A stretch of 32,000 nt of DNA, taken from positions 2,340,001-2,372,000 of the forward strand of contig NC_012803.1 of assembly GCF_000023205.1 (NCBI RefSeq). The letters are read 5' to 3'. Below, piece after piece: positions 7,511-15,712 of this stretch (the stretch's first letter is position 1; every line of letters starts with the position of its first letter). The DNA comes from Micrococcus luteus NCTC 2665 (lineage in GTDB: Bacteria > Actinomycetota > Actinomycetes > Actinomycetales > Micrococcaceae). The position numbers and the translations under genes are program-made. The notes beneath the pieces are model-generated. The model saw only the letters and a program-made list of their open reading frames with translations, ran no database searches and was not told the origin of the DNA.

Positions 7511-7592
7511 CCCCGCTTTCGCTCGGGAAATCGTCGCTACCGGCCCGATTCCGGCCCGTCGTAGCGACGATTTCCCGAGCGAAAGCACGGGG
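7511..7592. repeat. Family A long palindromic element, copy A2
   Basis: The arms are the same 26-bp sequences as in A1 (7515-7540 and 7561-7586), with a 20-nt loop that differs from A1. The flanks ...CCATCCCC on the left and GGGGCGGGTC(A/G)TCCT on the right are shared with A1. A tract of C3-5 runs at 7477-7514 precedes it. Confidence 0.95.
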
Positions 7593-7635
7593 CGGGTCAT
7601 CCTGCGGGCTGACGCCCCCGCCCCGGGCCGCCGCC

Positions 7636-7641
7636 TAGGCT
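7636..7641 (+). promoter_or_regulatory. -10-like hexamer TAGGCT 7 nt upstream of the GTG start (candidate leaderless promoter)
   Basis: gccTAGGCTggcccgcGTG (GTG at 7649). Confidence 0.35.
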
Positions 7642-7648
7642 GGCCCGC

Positions 7649-9070
7649 GTGAACCCCCTGCACCGCATCGACCAGTGGATGCGCGCCCACCCGGTGCGCG
7701 CGGACGTCCTCGTCTCGGTGCTGCTGTTCGCGGTGCTCGGGCTGACCCCGTGGGTCATGCTCGGCTCGCTCGCCGGCCCGACGCCGGGCAGCATCGTCGC
7801 CTCGATCCTGATCGCGCTCGCGCTCATCGCCCCGTGGGCGTTCCGCCGGGTCCGGCCCGTGGCCTCGGCCGCCGCCGTCGCCGCCGCGGCCGTGGCCCAC
7901 CTGGTGGCGGGCCCGGAGTTCAGCCTGGCCCTCGTGCTCGTGCCCATGACCGTCTACAACCTCGCCGCCAACGCGCCGCGCTGGGCGTCCTTCACGGGGC
8001 TCGTCGCGGCGTTGCTGGGCGGGGTGGCCAACGGCATCCGGGTGGGGCTCTTCCCGGATCCCGTGATGCGGCCGGACGGCGTCTATGAGCCGGTGGACCC
8101 CAGCCTCGAGGCGCTGCTGGTGATGGTGTTCGGCTGCGCGGCCGTGGTGCTCACGGCGTGGGCGTTCGGCGACGTCGTCCGCCACCGCCGCCTCGCCGTG
8201 CGCGCGCTCGAGGATCGGAACCGGCGCCTGGAGACCATGGCGCTGCAGGAGCGCCGGCTCGCCGCCTCGGACGAGCGCAACCACATCGCCCGCGAGATGC
8301 ACGACATCGTGGCCCACTCGCTGCAGGTGATCATCTCCCAGGCCGACGGCGCCCGGTACGCCGCCGCCGCCAAGCCCGAGCTGGCCGTGGCCACGCTGGA
8401 CACGATCGGCCTCACCGGCCGGGCCGCCCTGGCGGACATGCGCCAGCTCCTCGGGGTGCTCCGCGAGACCGGCGAGACCGTGGCCGGGGTGCCCGGCGTC
8501 GCCCCCGACGACGGCGCCCCCGGCCCGGCGGCGGGCGCGGCCGACGAGGGGGCGGCGGGCGCGGGGACGAGCGGTGGGGGGACGACCCCCGGCACGGGCC
8601 GGACCCGGCTGCCCGCCGACGTCGCCTCCCGCGACGGGCGCGGCGCCCGTCAGCCTCCCGGCCACCACCCCCAGCCGACCCTCGCGGACGTGCCCGCCCT
8701 GATCGAGACGATGCGCCTGTCCGGGCTCGAGGTGTCCCTGCTGGAGACCGGCGCCCCGCGGCGCCCGCTGCCGCCGGGCGGGGAGCTGGCGGCGTACCGG
8801 ATCGTGCAGGAGGCGCTCACCAACACGCTGCGCCACGGCGGCCCGCAGGCCAGCGCGTTCCTCACCCTCGCCTGGACGGGGCGCGGCCTGGACGTCCAGG
8901 CCGACGACGACGGGCGCGGCGCCGACGCCGACCCCGGCACCCGGGGGTCGGGTCAAGGGCTGCGCGGGGTGGCCGAGCGCGTGGCCCTGTTCGGCGGGAC
9001 GCTCGAGACGGGGCCGCGCGTCGGGGCCGGGTACCGCGTGTCCGCCCACCTGCCGTACTCGGCGGTGTGA
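7649..9070 (+). CDS. Membrane HisKA_3 sensor histidine kinase
   Basis: N-terminal hydrophobic helices, ERNHIAREMHDIVAHSLQVIISQADGARY H-box, IVQEALTNTLRHG N-box and GQGLRGVAERV G2-box. A long Gly/Ala/Pro low-complexity insert lies between the DHp and ATPase domains. Confidence 0.85.
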   Translation: MNPLHRIDQWMRAHPVRADVLVSVLLFAVLGLTPWVMLGSLAGPTPGSIVASILIALALIAPWAFRRVRPVASAAAVAAAAVAHLVAGPEFSLALVLVPMTVYNLAANAPRWASFTGLVAALLGGVANGIRVGLFPDPVMRPDGVYEPVDPSLEALLVMVFGCAAVVLTAWAFGDVVRHRRLAVRALEDRNRRLETMALQERRLAASDERNHIAREMHDIVAHSLQVIISQADGARYAAAAKPELAVATLDTIGLTGRAALADMRQLLGVLRETGETVAGVPGVAPDDGAPGPAAGAADEGAAGAGTSGGGTTPGTGRTRLPADVASRDGRGARQPPGHHPQPTLADVPALIETMRLSGLEVSLLETGAPRRPLPPGGELAAYRIVQEALTNTLRHGGPQASAFLTLAWTGRGLDVQADDDGRGADADPGTRGSGQGLRGVAERVALFGGTLETGPRVGAGYRVSAHLPYSAV

Positions 9071-9126
9071 GGGGTGGCCGCCCCCGCCCCGCCCGCTCAC
9101 CCCGCCCGACTTGAGAGGATGACCCC

Positions 9127-9819
9127 ATGAGCTCCGAGGAGACCGCCCCCGTCCGCGTGGCCCTGGTGGACGACCAGGCGCTGATCCGCTCCGGGCTGGC
9201 CATGCTCGTGGACTCGCAGCCGGACCTGACGGTCGTGGCGGAGGCGGGCAGCGGGCGCGAGGCGGTGGCCTCGGTGTCGGTGGCGGGTGCCGACGTCGTG
9301 CTGATGGACGTGCGCATGCCGGAGATGGACGGCATCGAGGCCACCCGCGCGCTGCTGCGCCGGCCGGATGCCCCGCGCGTCGTGGTGCTGACCACCTTCG
9401 ACCTGGACGAGTACGCGTTCGACGCGATCGAGGCGGGCGCCAGCGGCTTCCTGCTCAAGGACGCCCCGCCCGAGGAGCTGCTCGCCGCGATCCGCACCGT
9501 CCACCGGGGCGACGCCGTGATCGCCCCGTCCACGACGCGCCGGCTCCTGACACACATGGCCCCGCGCCTGCGCTCGGACCAGGTCCGCAGCGCGGAGTGC
9601 GAGGAGCAGCAGGCGGCGGTGGCGTCGCTGACCCCGCGCGAGCGCGAGGTGCTGGTGCTCATGGCGCAGGGCGCCGCGAATCTGGAGATCGCCGCCGAGC
9701 TCGTGCTCTCCGAGGCCACGGTGAAGACGCACGTCGGCCGGGTGCTGGCGAAGCTCGGCGCCCGCGACCGCGTGCAGGCCGTGCTCATCGCCCACCGCGC
9801 GGGCCTCGTGCAGTTCTGA
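9127..9819 (+). CDS. NarL/LuxR-family response regulator, cognate to the upstream kinase
   Basis: VRVALVDDQALIRSGL...VVLMDVRMPEMDGIEAT receiver domain, then LTPREREVLVLMAQGAANLEIAAELVLSEATVKTHV HTH. A GAGAGGA Shine-Dalgarno lies upstream of ATG 9127. Confidence 0.9.
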   Translation: MSSEETAPVRVALVDDQALIRSGLAMLVDSQPDLTVVAEAGSGREAVASVSVAGADVVLMDVRMPEMDGIEATRALLRRPDAPRVVVLTTFDLDEYAFDAIEAGASGFLLKDAPPEELLAAIRTVHRGDAVIAPSTTRRLLTHMAPRLRSDQVRSAECEEQQAAVASLTPREREVLVLMAQGAANLEIAAELVLSEATVKTHVGRVLAKLGARDRVQAVLIAHRAGLVQF

Positions 9820-9848
9820 CCTGCCGTTCCGGAACGCCCCCGCTCCAG

Positions 9849-9938
9849 CCCCTGCCCCACCCCTGCCCCACCCCTCGTCGAGGCCCGCAGACACGCCGCT
9901 ACGCCGACGTCGTAGCGGCGTGTCTGCGGGCCTCGACG
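9849..9938. repeat. Five C4 runs followed by a 28-bp perfect-stem palindrome (element C)
   Basis: CCCCtgCCCCaCCCCtgCCCCaCCCC at 9849-9874. CGTCGAGGCCCGCAGACACGCCGCTACG (9876-9903) is the exact reverse complement of 9911-9938, with a 7-nt loop. It lies 57 nt downstream of the regulator stop, so it may also terminate transcription. Confidence 0.9.
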
Positions 9939-10166
9939 GTCGGCCTGGGCGGCGGGGCCCCTCCCTGAGTCTCCCCCCAGGCACCTGCCAGCACAATCAC
10001 AGGTCATACCTGGGTATGAGTCGGGCGCCCCGAGGTTCATCCTCATGGCCCTGCCGGTGCGCCCACCCGCTCCCCGATGCTGGACGCAGGCCCCGCAGCG
10101 GGTCCGCCGCCGGGGTGCACGCGCCGACGGCCGCCCCGGCCCGACGCGCACTGGAGGAGAGGCACC

Positions 10167-10433
10167 ATGACCGGCAGCATCCTGGACCACCCCATCCCGA
10201 CGACGTCCCGCGCCTCCGACCCAGCCGCCGAACAGGCGCAGCGGGACAGCGAATGCGTGGCCTTCTTCGTCGCGCTGGTGACGGCCGCCGTCGTGATGCT
10301 GGGCCTGAGCCTGTTCACGGGGGTCGAGGGGCTGCTCCGCCTGGCGCTCACCGCGGGCGCCGGCCTGCTCGCCGGCGCCGTCGCGTGGGCCACCGCCCGC
10401 CCCGCCCTGGAGGACGACGCCTCCAGCGACTGA
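10167..10433 (+). CDS. Small hypothetical membrane protein (88 aa, two predicted helices)
   Basis: GGAGGAG precedes ATG 10167 by about 7 nt. Hydrophobic stretches are VAFFVALVTAAVVMLGLSLF and LALTAGAGLLAGAVAWA. No family was recognised. Confidence 0.5.
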   Translation: MTGSILDHPIPTTSRASDPAAEQAQRDSECVAFFVALVTAAVVMLGLSLFTGVEGLLRLALTAGAGLLAGAVAWATARPALEDDASSD

Positions 10434-10446
10434 CCGTGCCGCGCCC

Positions 10447-11022
10447 TCAGGGCCGCAGGCCGCGCAGGTACGTGCCCAGCAGCCAGGTTTGCTGGTCCGG
10501 GCCGTGGCCCGGCAGCGCGCACTCCGGCGACCGGGTGACCATGAGCAGGCCGAACAGGTAGTCCGCCCCGGTCACGTCCGGGCCCACGAGCCCGGCCCGC
10601 CGTGCCTCGGCCACCACCTGGTCCGCGAGCTCGAGGATCACACGCTCGGCCTCGGCGATGAGGGCCTCCGGCGGCCGGTCGGCGGGGTCGAAGTCGTCCC
10701 GGGCCGCCGCGAGCGAGGCCAGGTTCACGGCCCCCAGGTCCTCGGCGAGCCGCCGCCACCGCGCCTCGGCCCCGCCGCCGTGCTCGGCCCCGCCCGCCCC
10801 GTCGAGGAAGGCCTGCAGGATCCCCCCGGTGCGGGCCACGACGTCCTCGAGCACGGCGTCCAACAGATCCCGACGCGTGGGGAAGTGCCGGTACAGCGTG
10901 CCCACGCCGACCCCGGCCTCCTGCGCCACCCCACGCAGGGACATCGCCGCCCCCTGGGTGGCGATGAGACGGCCGGCGGCCGCCAGCAGGTCCTGGCGGT
11001 TGGCGCGGGCGTCGGCTCTCAT
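10447..11022 (-). CDS. TetR/AcrR-family transcriptional regulator
   Basis: This is the C-terminal 191 codons of the long tracked ORF 10447..13620(-): MRADARANRQDLLAAAGRLIATQGAAMSLRGVAQEAGVGVGTLYRHFPTRRDLL, a TetR N-terminal HTH. ATG at 11020-11022. Confidence 0.85.
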   Translation of the reverse strand: MRADARANRQDLLAAAGRLIATQGAAMSLRGVAQEAGVGVGTLYRHFPTRRDLLDAVLEDVVARTGGILQAFLDGAGGAEHGGGAEARWRRLAEDLGAVNLASLAAARDDFDPADRPPEALIAEAERVILELADQVVAEARRAGLVGPDVTGADYLFGLLMVTRSPECALPGHGPDQQTWLLGTYLRGLRP

Positions 11023-11187
11023 GTCCCCATCATCCCACTCCGCCCCGCACCGCCCGGCGGCGGGGGCCTGACGCCCTCGGGTCCACGCCCCGGCGGCCCG
11101 CCTCATCCCCGGGCATGACCCGCCGCCCGCGGAGGTGGTCCCCTCCTCCGATCCGCCCCGCCGGGTCCGCGCGGGAGAGTGGCCGCC

Positions 11188-12030
11188 ATGGACACCCCAC
11201 CCACCTCGCACCCCGCCTCCCCCACGACCCCCGGCCCCGTCACGCCGGGGCCGGGCACGCCGTCGTCGTCCGCCACCACGACGACGGCGCCCGCCGTCTG
11301 CGCCCGCGGCCTCACCCGCGCCTACGGGCGCGGTGACGCGCAGGTGCACGCCCTGCGCGGGGTGGACGTGGACTTCGCCTCGGGCGCGTTCGCCGCGATC
11401 ATGGGGCCCTCGGGCTCGGGCAAGTCGACGCTCATGCACTGCCTGGCCGGGCTGGACGCGCCGACCTCGGGCTCCGTGCGGATCGGCGGCACCGAGATCA
11501 CCGGGCTGGACGACACCGCCCTGACCCGCCTGCGCCGCGACCGCGTGGGCTTCGTGTTCCAGGCCTTCAACCTCGTGCCCACGCTCACGGCCGAGCAGAA
11601 CATCGTGCTGCCGCTCGAGCTGGCCGGCCGTGCCCCGGACCGCGCGTGGCTGGACGAGATCACCCGCACCCTGGGCCTCGCGGACCGGCTGGGCCACCGC
11701 CCGCACGAGCTCTCGGGCGGTCAGCAGCAGCGCGTCGCCGTCGCCCGCGCCCTGCTCACCCGACCGGACGTCGTGTTCGGGGACGAGCCCACCGGCAACC
11801 TGGACACCGCCACCTCCGCCGAGGTGCTCGGCCTGCTGCGCCGGTCCGCGCGGGAGATGGGCCAGACCGTCATCATGGTCACCCACGACCCCGTGGCCGC
11901 CTCCGCCGCCGACCGCGTCGTGCTGCTCGCGGACGGCCGGCTGGCCGGCGAGCTCGTGGACCCCACGGTCGAGTCCGTCACCGCGGCCCTGACCGCCCTG
12001 TCCGCCCCGGCCGAGGGCGGGGTGCGCTGA
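11188..12030 (+). CDS. ABC transporter ATP-binding protein (MacB/LolD/FtsE-like)
   Basis: Walker A GPSGSGKST, Q-loop, signature LSGGQQQRVAVARAL and Walker B VVFGDEPTGNLD. It has a Pro/Thr-rich N-terminal extension. The start could be ATG 11188 (GGGAGAG upstream) or GTG 11179. Confidence 0.85.
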   Translation: MDTPPTSHPASPTTPGPVTPGPGTPSSSATTTTAPAVCARGLTRAYGRGDAQVHALRGVDVDFASGAFAAIMGPSGSGKSTLMHCLAGLDAPTSGSVRIGGTEITGLDDTALTRLRRDRVGFVFQAFNLVPTLTAEQNIVLPLELAGRAPDRAWLDEITRTLGLADRLGHRPHELSGGQQQRVAVARALLTRPDVVFGDEPTGNLDTATSAEVLGLLRRSAREMGQTVIMVTHDPVAASAADRVVLLADGRLAGELVDPTVESVTAALTALSAPAEGGVR

Positions 12031-12032
12031 CC

Positions 12033-14581
12033 GTGTGGACCGTCGCCCTCTCCCAGCTGCGCACCCAGCCGCGCCGCTATGTCTCCCTGGTGCTGGCCAT
12101 CCTGATCGGCACCCTGTTCCTCGCGGCCTCCTTCCTCGTCTCCTCGACGGCGCAGGCCACCCTGCGCGCCACGCTCGGCAGCACCTACGCCGGCGCCGAC
12201 CTCGTGGTCCTGCCGGGCGGGTCCGAGGACGTGTCCGACCTCGCCGGCACCTCTCCGCCGAGCCCGGCCCGCTGGCCCGCCTGGACGGCGTCGAGGAGGC
12301 GTACGCCCTGCGGATGGCGTGGGCGACGGCCCGCGCCGCGGACGCCGAGTTCGGTGCCACGGTGATGCCCCTGCCCCGCGACCCGGCCCTGGCGGGCCTG
12401 ACCGTGACCGCCGGCGCCCTGCCCGCCGCCGACGACGCCCGCGGCGTCACCCTCGACGCGCAGACCGCGGACCGGCACGGGGTGGCCGTGGGCGACGTCG
12501 TCGCGCTGGCGGGCGAGTCCGGGCCGGCCTCGGCCACCACGCCGGTCGACGCGGTGGTCACGGGCCTGACCGAGCCCTCACCCGACCCGATGCTCTCCGG
12601 GCAGGCGCAGGTGTGGGCCTCGCCCGCGGCGCTGACCGCGGTGCAGGGCGAGGACGGGGAGGCCGGGTTCACCCCCCACCTGCTGCTGCGCCTGGCCGAC
12701 GGGGCGGACGTCCCCGCCGTCGCCGAGGCCGCCCGCGCCGAGGCCACCGCGGCCGGGGTGGACGTCGACGTCGCGACCCCGGACGAGGCCGTGCGCTCCG
12801 CGGTGACGCAGCTGAGCGGCGGCACCGACCTGCTGGGCTGGGTGCTCGGCGGCTTCGCGGCGCTGGCCCTGCTGGTGACCGCGCTCGTCATCGCGAACAC
12901 CTTCCAGGTGCTCGTGGCCCAGCGCACCCGTGACCTCGCGCTGCTGCGCACCGTCGGCTCGACGACGGCCCAGGTGCGGGCCTCCGTGCTGACCGAGGCC
13001 GCCGTCGTGGGCGTGGTGGGCTCCGTGCTGGGCGCCGGGCTCGCCGTGGCGATCGTGGCCGGCGTGGCCGCGGCCGCCCGCGCGATGCTGGACCTGCCGT
13101 TCCTCACGTTCGGGCTGCACCCGGCAGGGCTCGCCGTCTCGGTGGCCGTGGGCGTGGCGGTGACGGTCCTGGCCGCGCTGGCCCCCGCGGTGGCCGCGAC
13201 GCGCGTCGCCCCGCTCGAGGCCCTGAGGCCCAAGGACGAGGTGACCGCCGCATCGCGCGGCGGCCGGGTCCGCACGGCGATCGGGCTGGTGCTGGCCGTC
13301 GGCGGCACCGCGCTCATGCTGGGGGGCGTGTCCGTCCGGGAGCCGGTCTCGGCGATCGGCGGCGGCGCGCTGTCCTTCGTGGGCGTGCTGCTGCTGGCGC
13401 GGCTGTTCGTGCCCGCCGCGGTGCGGGGGGCGGCGGTGCTGGCCCGTCCGGCGGGCGTCCCCGGTCGCCTGGCCGGGCTGAACGCGGTGCGCCATCGGTC
13501 CCGGACCGCCGCCACCGCCGCCGCCACCGCCGCGGCCCTGCTCGTGGGCACCACCCTCGTGGCGCTGTTCCTCACCGGCGGGCGCACCGCCCAGGAGCAG
13601 ACGGCCCTCGCCCTGGACACCGCCTACCCGGTGGACCTCGTGGTGCAGCTGCCCGCCGACGCGGACCCGGCCCGCGCGGCCGAGGCCGTCGCCGCGACGG
13701 AGGACGTGCAGGCGGTGGCCCTGGCCACCCCGGTGGGCGCCACGGAGAACGGGTCCCCTGTGCTGGCGACGCCGGCCGCGGACCTGCGCGCCGTCGTCGC
13801 GCGCCTGCCCGAGGGCGTGACCGGCCTCGGCGACCCCGGCACGGCGCTCGTGCCCGACTGGGTCGACGCGGATCCGGTCCGCGCTGAGGTGGCGGGAACC
13901 GAGCGGACGTTCGTCCCGGTGCGCGCGGGCTCGCTGAGCTCCGGCGTGTACGTGGCGGCCGAGCCGCTGCGCGAGGCCGGGTGGGACGGGGCCGCGGACG
14001 CCGCCGTGCCGGGCCAGCTGCTCGTCGCGCTCGACCCCGGTGTCCCCGTCGACCGCCTGCAGGGCCTGAGCGAGGACGTGACCCGGGCCGCGGGCGCCGG
14101 GGCGGCCGTGATCGACGGCGGGGCCGGCGAGCGCGCGCTCTACGCCCGGATCATCGACGCGATGCTCGGGATCGTGGTGGCACTGCTGGCGGTGTCCGTG
14201 CTGATCGCGCTGATCGGCGTGGCGAACACGCTGAGCCTGTCCGTGATCGAGCGGACGCGCGAGAACGCGCTGCTGCGGGCCCTCGGTCTGACGCGAGGCG
14301 GACTGCGCGGGGCGATCGCGATCGAGGCCGTGCTGATCGCGGCCGTGGCCGCCGTGCTGGGCTGCGCCCTCGGGGTGTTCTACGGCTGGGCGGGGGCGCA
14401 GCTGGTCCTCGCCGACCTCTCCGCGACCGCGGGCGCCGGGACCGCGGTGCGCCCGGTCGTGCCGTGGCTCGAGCTCGGGCTGGTGGTGGCCGTGGCGGCG
14501 CTGGCCGGGCTGGCGGCGTCGCTGCTGCCCGCGCGTCGGGCGGCCCGGCTGAGCCCCGTGGCGGGACTGGCCGCGGTGTGA
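12033..14581 (+). pseudogene. FtsX-family (MacB-like, double FtsX domain) ABC permease, interrupted by a frameshift near 12245-12256
   Basis: The N-terminus with TM1 (VWTVALSQLRTQPRRYVSLVLAILIGTLFLAASFLV...YAGADLVVLPGG) is in the frame of GTG 12033, which starts 3 nt after the ATPase stop. The rest (LSAEPGPLARLDGVEEAYAL... to 14581) is in the frame of tracked ORF 12035..14581, whose own first ~70 codons look non-coding. Restoring one base in ggcacCTCtcc would join the two parts. Confidence 0.7.
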
Positions 14582-14601
14582 GCGGGCGGGGCGGTGCCGC
14601 T

Positions 14602-14675
14602 GGGAATCTTCTGCGGAACTGACCTTTCTGGGCGTCCGATCCCGCCTCAGAAGGGTCAGTTCCGCAGAAGATCCC
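14602..14675. repeat. Family B palindromic element, copy B1
   Basis: GGGAATCTTCTGCGGAACTGACCTTTCTG, then the 17-nt loop GGCGTCCGATCCCGCCT, then CAGAAGGGTCAGTTCCGCAGAAGATCCC. The arms are complementary except for one bulged A and one T-G pair. It lies 20 nt after the permease stop. Confidence 0.95.
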
Positions 14676-14723
14676 GTCCCGGCGACGCGCCCGAGACCTC
14701 GTGACGGAGTCCCGGGCGCACCC

Positions 14724-14729
14724 TACGCT
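14724..14729 (+). promoter_or_regulatory. -10-like hexamer TACGCT 7 nt upstream of the ATG (candidate leaderless promoter)
   Basis: cccTACGCTgagccgtATG (ATG at 14737). This supports ATG 14737 over GTG 14701 as the start. Confidence 0.35.
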
Positions 14730-14736
14730 GAGCCGT

Positions 14737-15597
14737 ATGAGCGAGAGCACCCACGCCACCCCGCCCGCCCCCGCCGGATCCCCCGCCTGGATCGACTACA
14801 CCGCCCCCGACTTCGCCCGCCAGCGGGCCTTCTACGAGGCCCTTTTCGGTTGGACCTTCACCGACTCCGGCGAGGAGTTCGGCCACTACCGGATGATCAC
14901 CAAGGACGGCGCCTCCGTGGGCGGCGCCATGGACGCCGACCAGCTCTCGCGGATGACCGGCGAGGACGCCCCGCCCGCCGCGTGGACCGTCTACCTGCGC
15001 ACGCAGGACATGGACGCCACCCTCACCGCGGTGCGGGAGAACGGCGGCGCGGTGCTCGTGGACGCGATGCCCGTCGGCGACCTCGGCGTGATGGCCGTGG
15101 CCGAGGGCCCGGGCCACGAGGTCGTGGGCTTCTGGCAGTCCGGCACCTTCCCCGGCCACGATCTGCCGCTCACCCCCGGCACCTCCGTGTGGTTCGAGCT
15201 CATGACCACCCGCTTCGACGAGTCCGCCGAGTTCTATCGCGCCGTGGCCGGCTGGCAGCCCACCCTGATGGGGGACGACGACGCCCCGGAGGACACGCAG
15301 ACCGCGGCCGACGCCGAGGACGCGGCCCACGACGGCCCCCGCTACGCGACGAACCACCCGTTCGACCGCGCGACCGCGGGCCTGTGCGACGCGCGGGCCT
15401 GGCTGCCGCCGAACGCCGTGGGGTACTGGCGCATGTACATCGCCGTGGCGGACACGGACCGCGCGCTCGAGGTGATCCGCGAGCACGGCGGCACGGTCCT
15501 GGACGGCCCCCAGGACTCCCCGTTCGGCCGCGTCACCACCGTGCAGGACCCCGCCGGGGCCACGTTCCAGATCAACGAGCCGCCGGCCGAGGGCTGA
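14737..15597 (+). CDS. VOC-family (glyoxalase / bleomycin-resistance fold) protein, two tandem domains
   Basis: PAWIDYTAPDFARQRAFYEALFGWTF...GHYRMI...WTVYLRTQDMDATL, with a second module ESAEFYRAVAGWQP...YWRMYIAVADTDRALEVIREHGGTVLDGPQDSPFGR. This is the typical VOC repeat pattern. Confidence 0.8.
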   Translation: MSESTHATPPAPAGSPAWIDYTAPDFARQRAFYEALFGWTFTDSGEEFGHYRMITKDGASVGGAMDADQLSRMTGEDAPPAAWTVYLRTQDMDATLTAVRENGGAVLVDAMPVGDLGVMAVAEGPGHEVVGFWQSGTFPGHDLPLTPGTSVWFELMTTRFDESAEFYRAVAGWQPTLMGDDDAPEDTQTAADAEDAAHDGPRYATNHPFDRATAGLCDARAWLPPNAVGYWRMYIAVADTDRALEVIREHGGTVLDGPQDSPFGRVTTVQDPAGATFQINEPPAEG

Positions 15598-15640
15598 CGG
15601 CCGCCGTCGTCGACCGACGACCGTCGACCGTCGACCGTCC

Positions 15641-15712
15641 GGAATCGTCTGCGGATCTGACCCTTCTGGGCGTCCGATCCCGCCTCGGAAGGGTCAGTTC
15701 CGCAGACGATTC
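15641..15712. repeat. Family B palindromic element, copy B2
   Basis: GGAATCGTCTGCGGATCTGACCCTTCTG, then a loop GGCGTCCGATCCCGCCT identical to B1, then CGGAAGGGTCAGTTCCGCAGACGATTC. The right arm contains the last codons and the stop of the BASS gene. Confidence 0.95.

Noticed and set aside
6157-7592. The family A copies and the gene between them read as a composite transposon carrying the monooxygenase.
   Set aside because: The flanking elements are about 100-bp non-coding palindromes in direct orientation. There is no transposase, and no terminal inverted repeats or target duplications flank the whole unit. Independent REP/MITE-like insertions or local recombination are simpler explanations.
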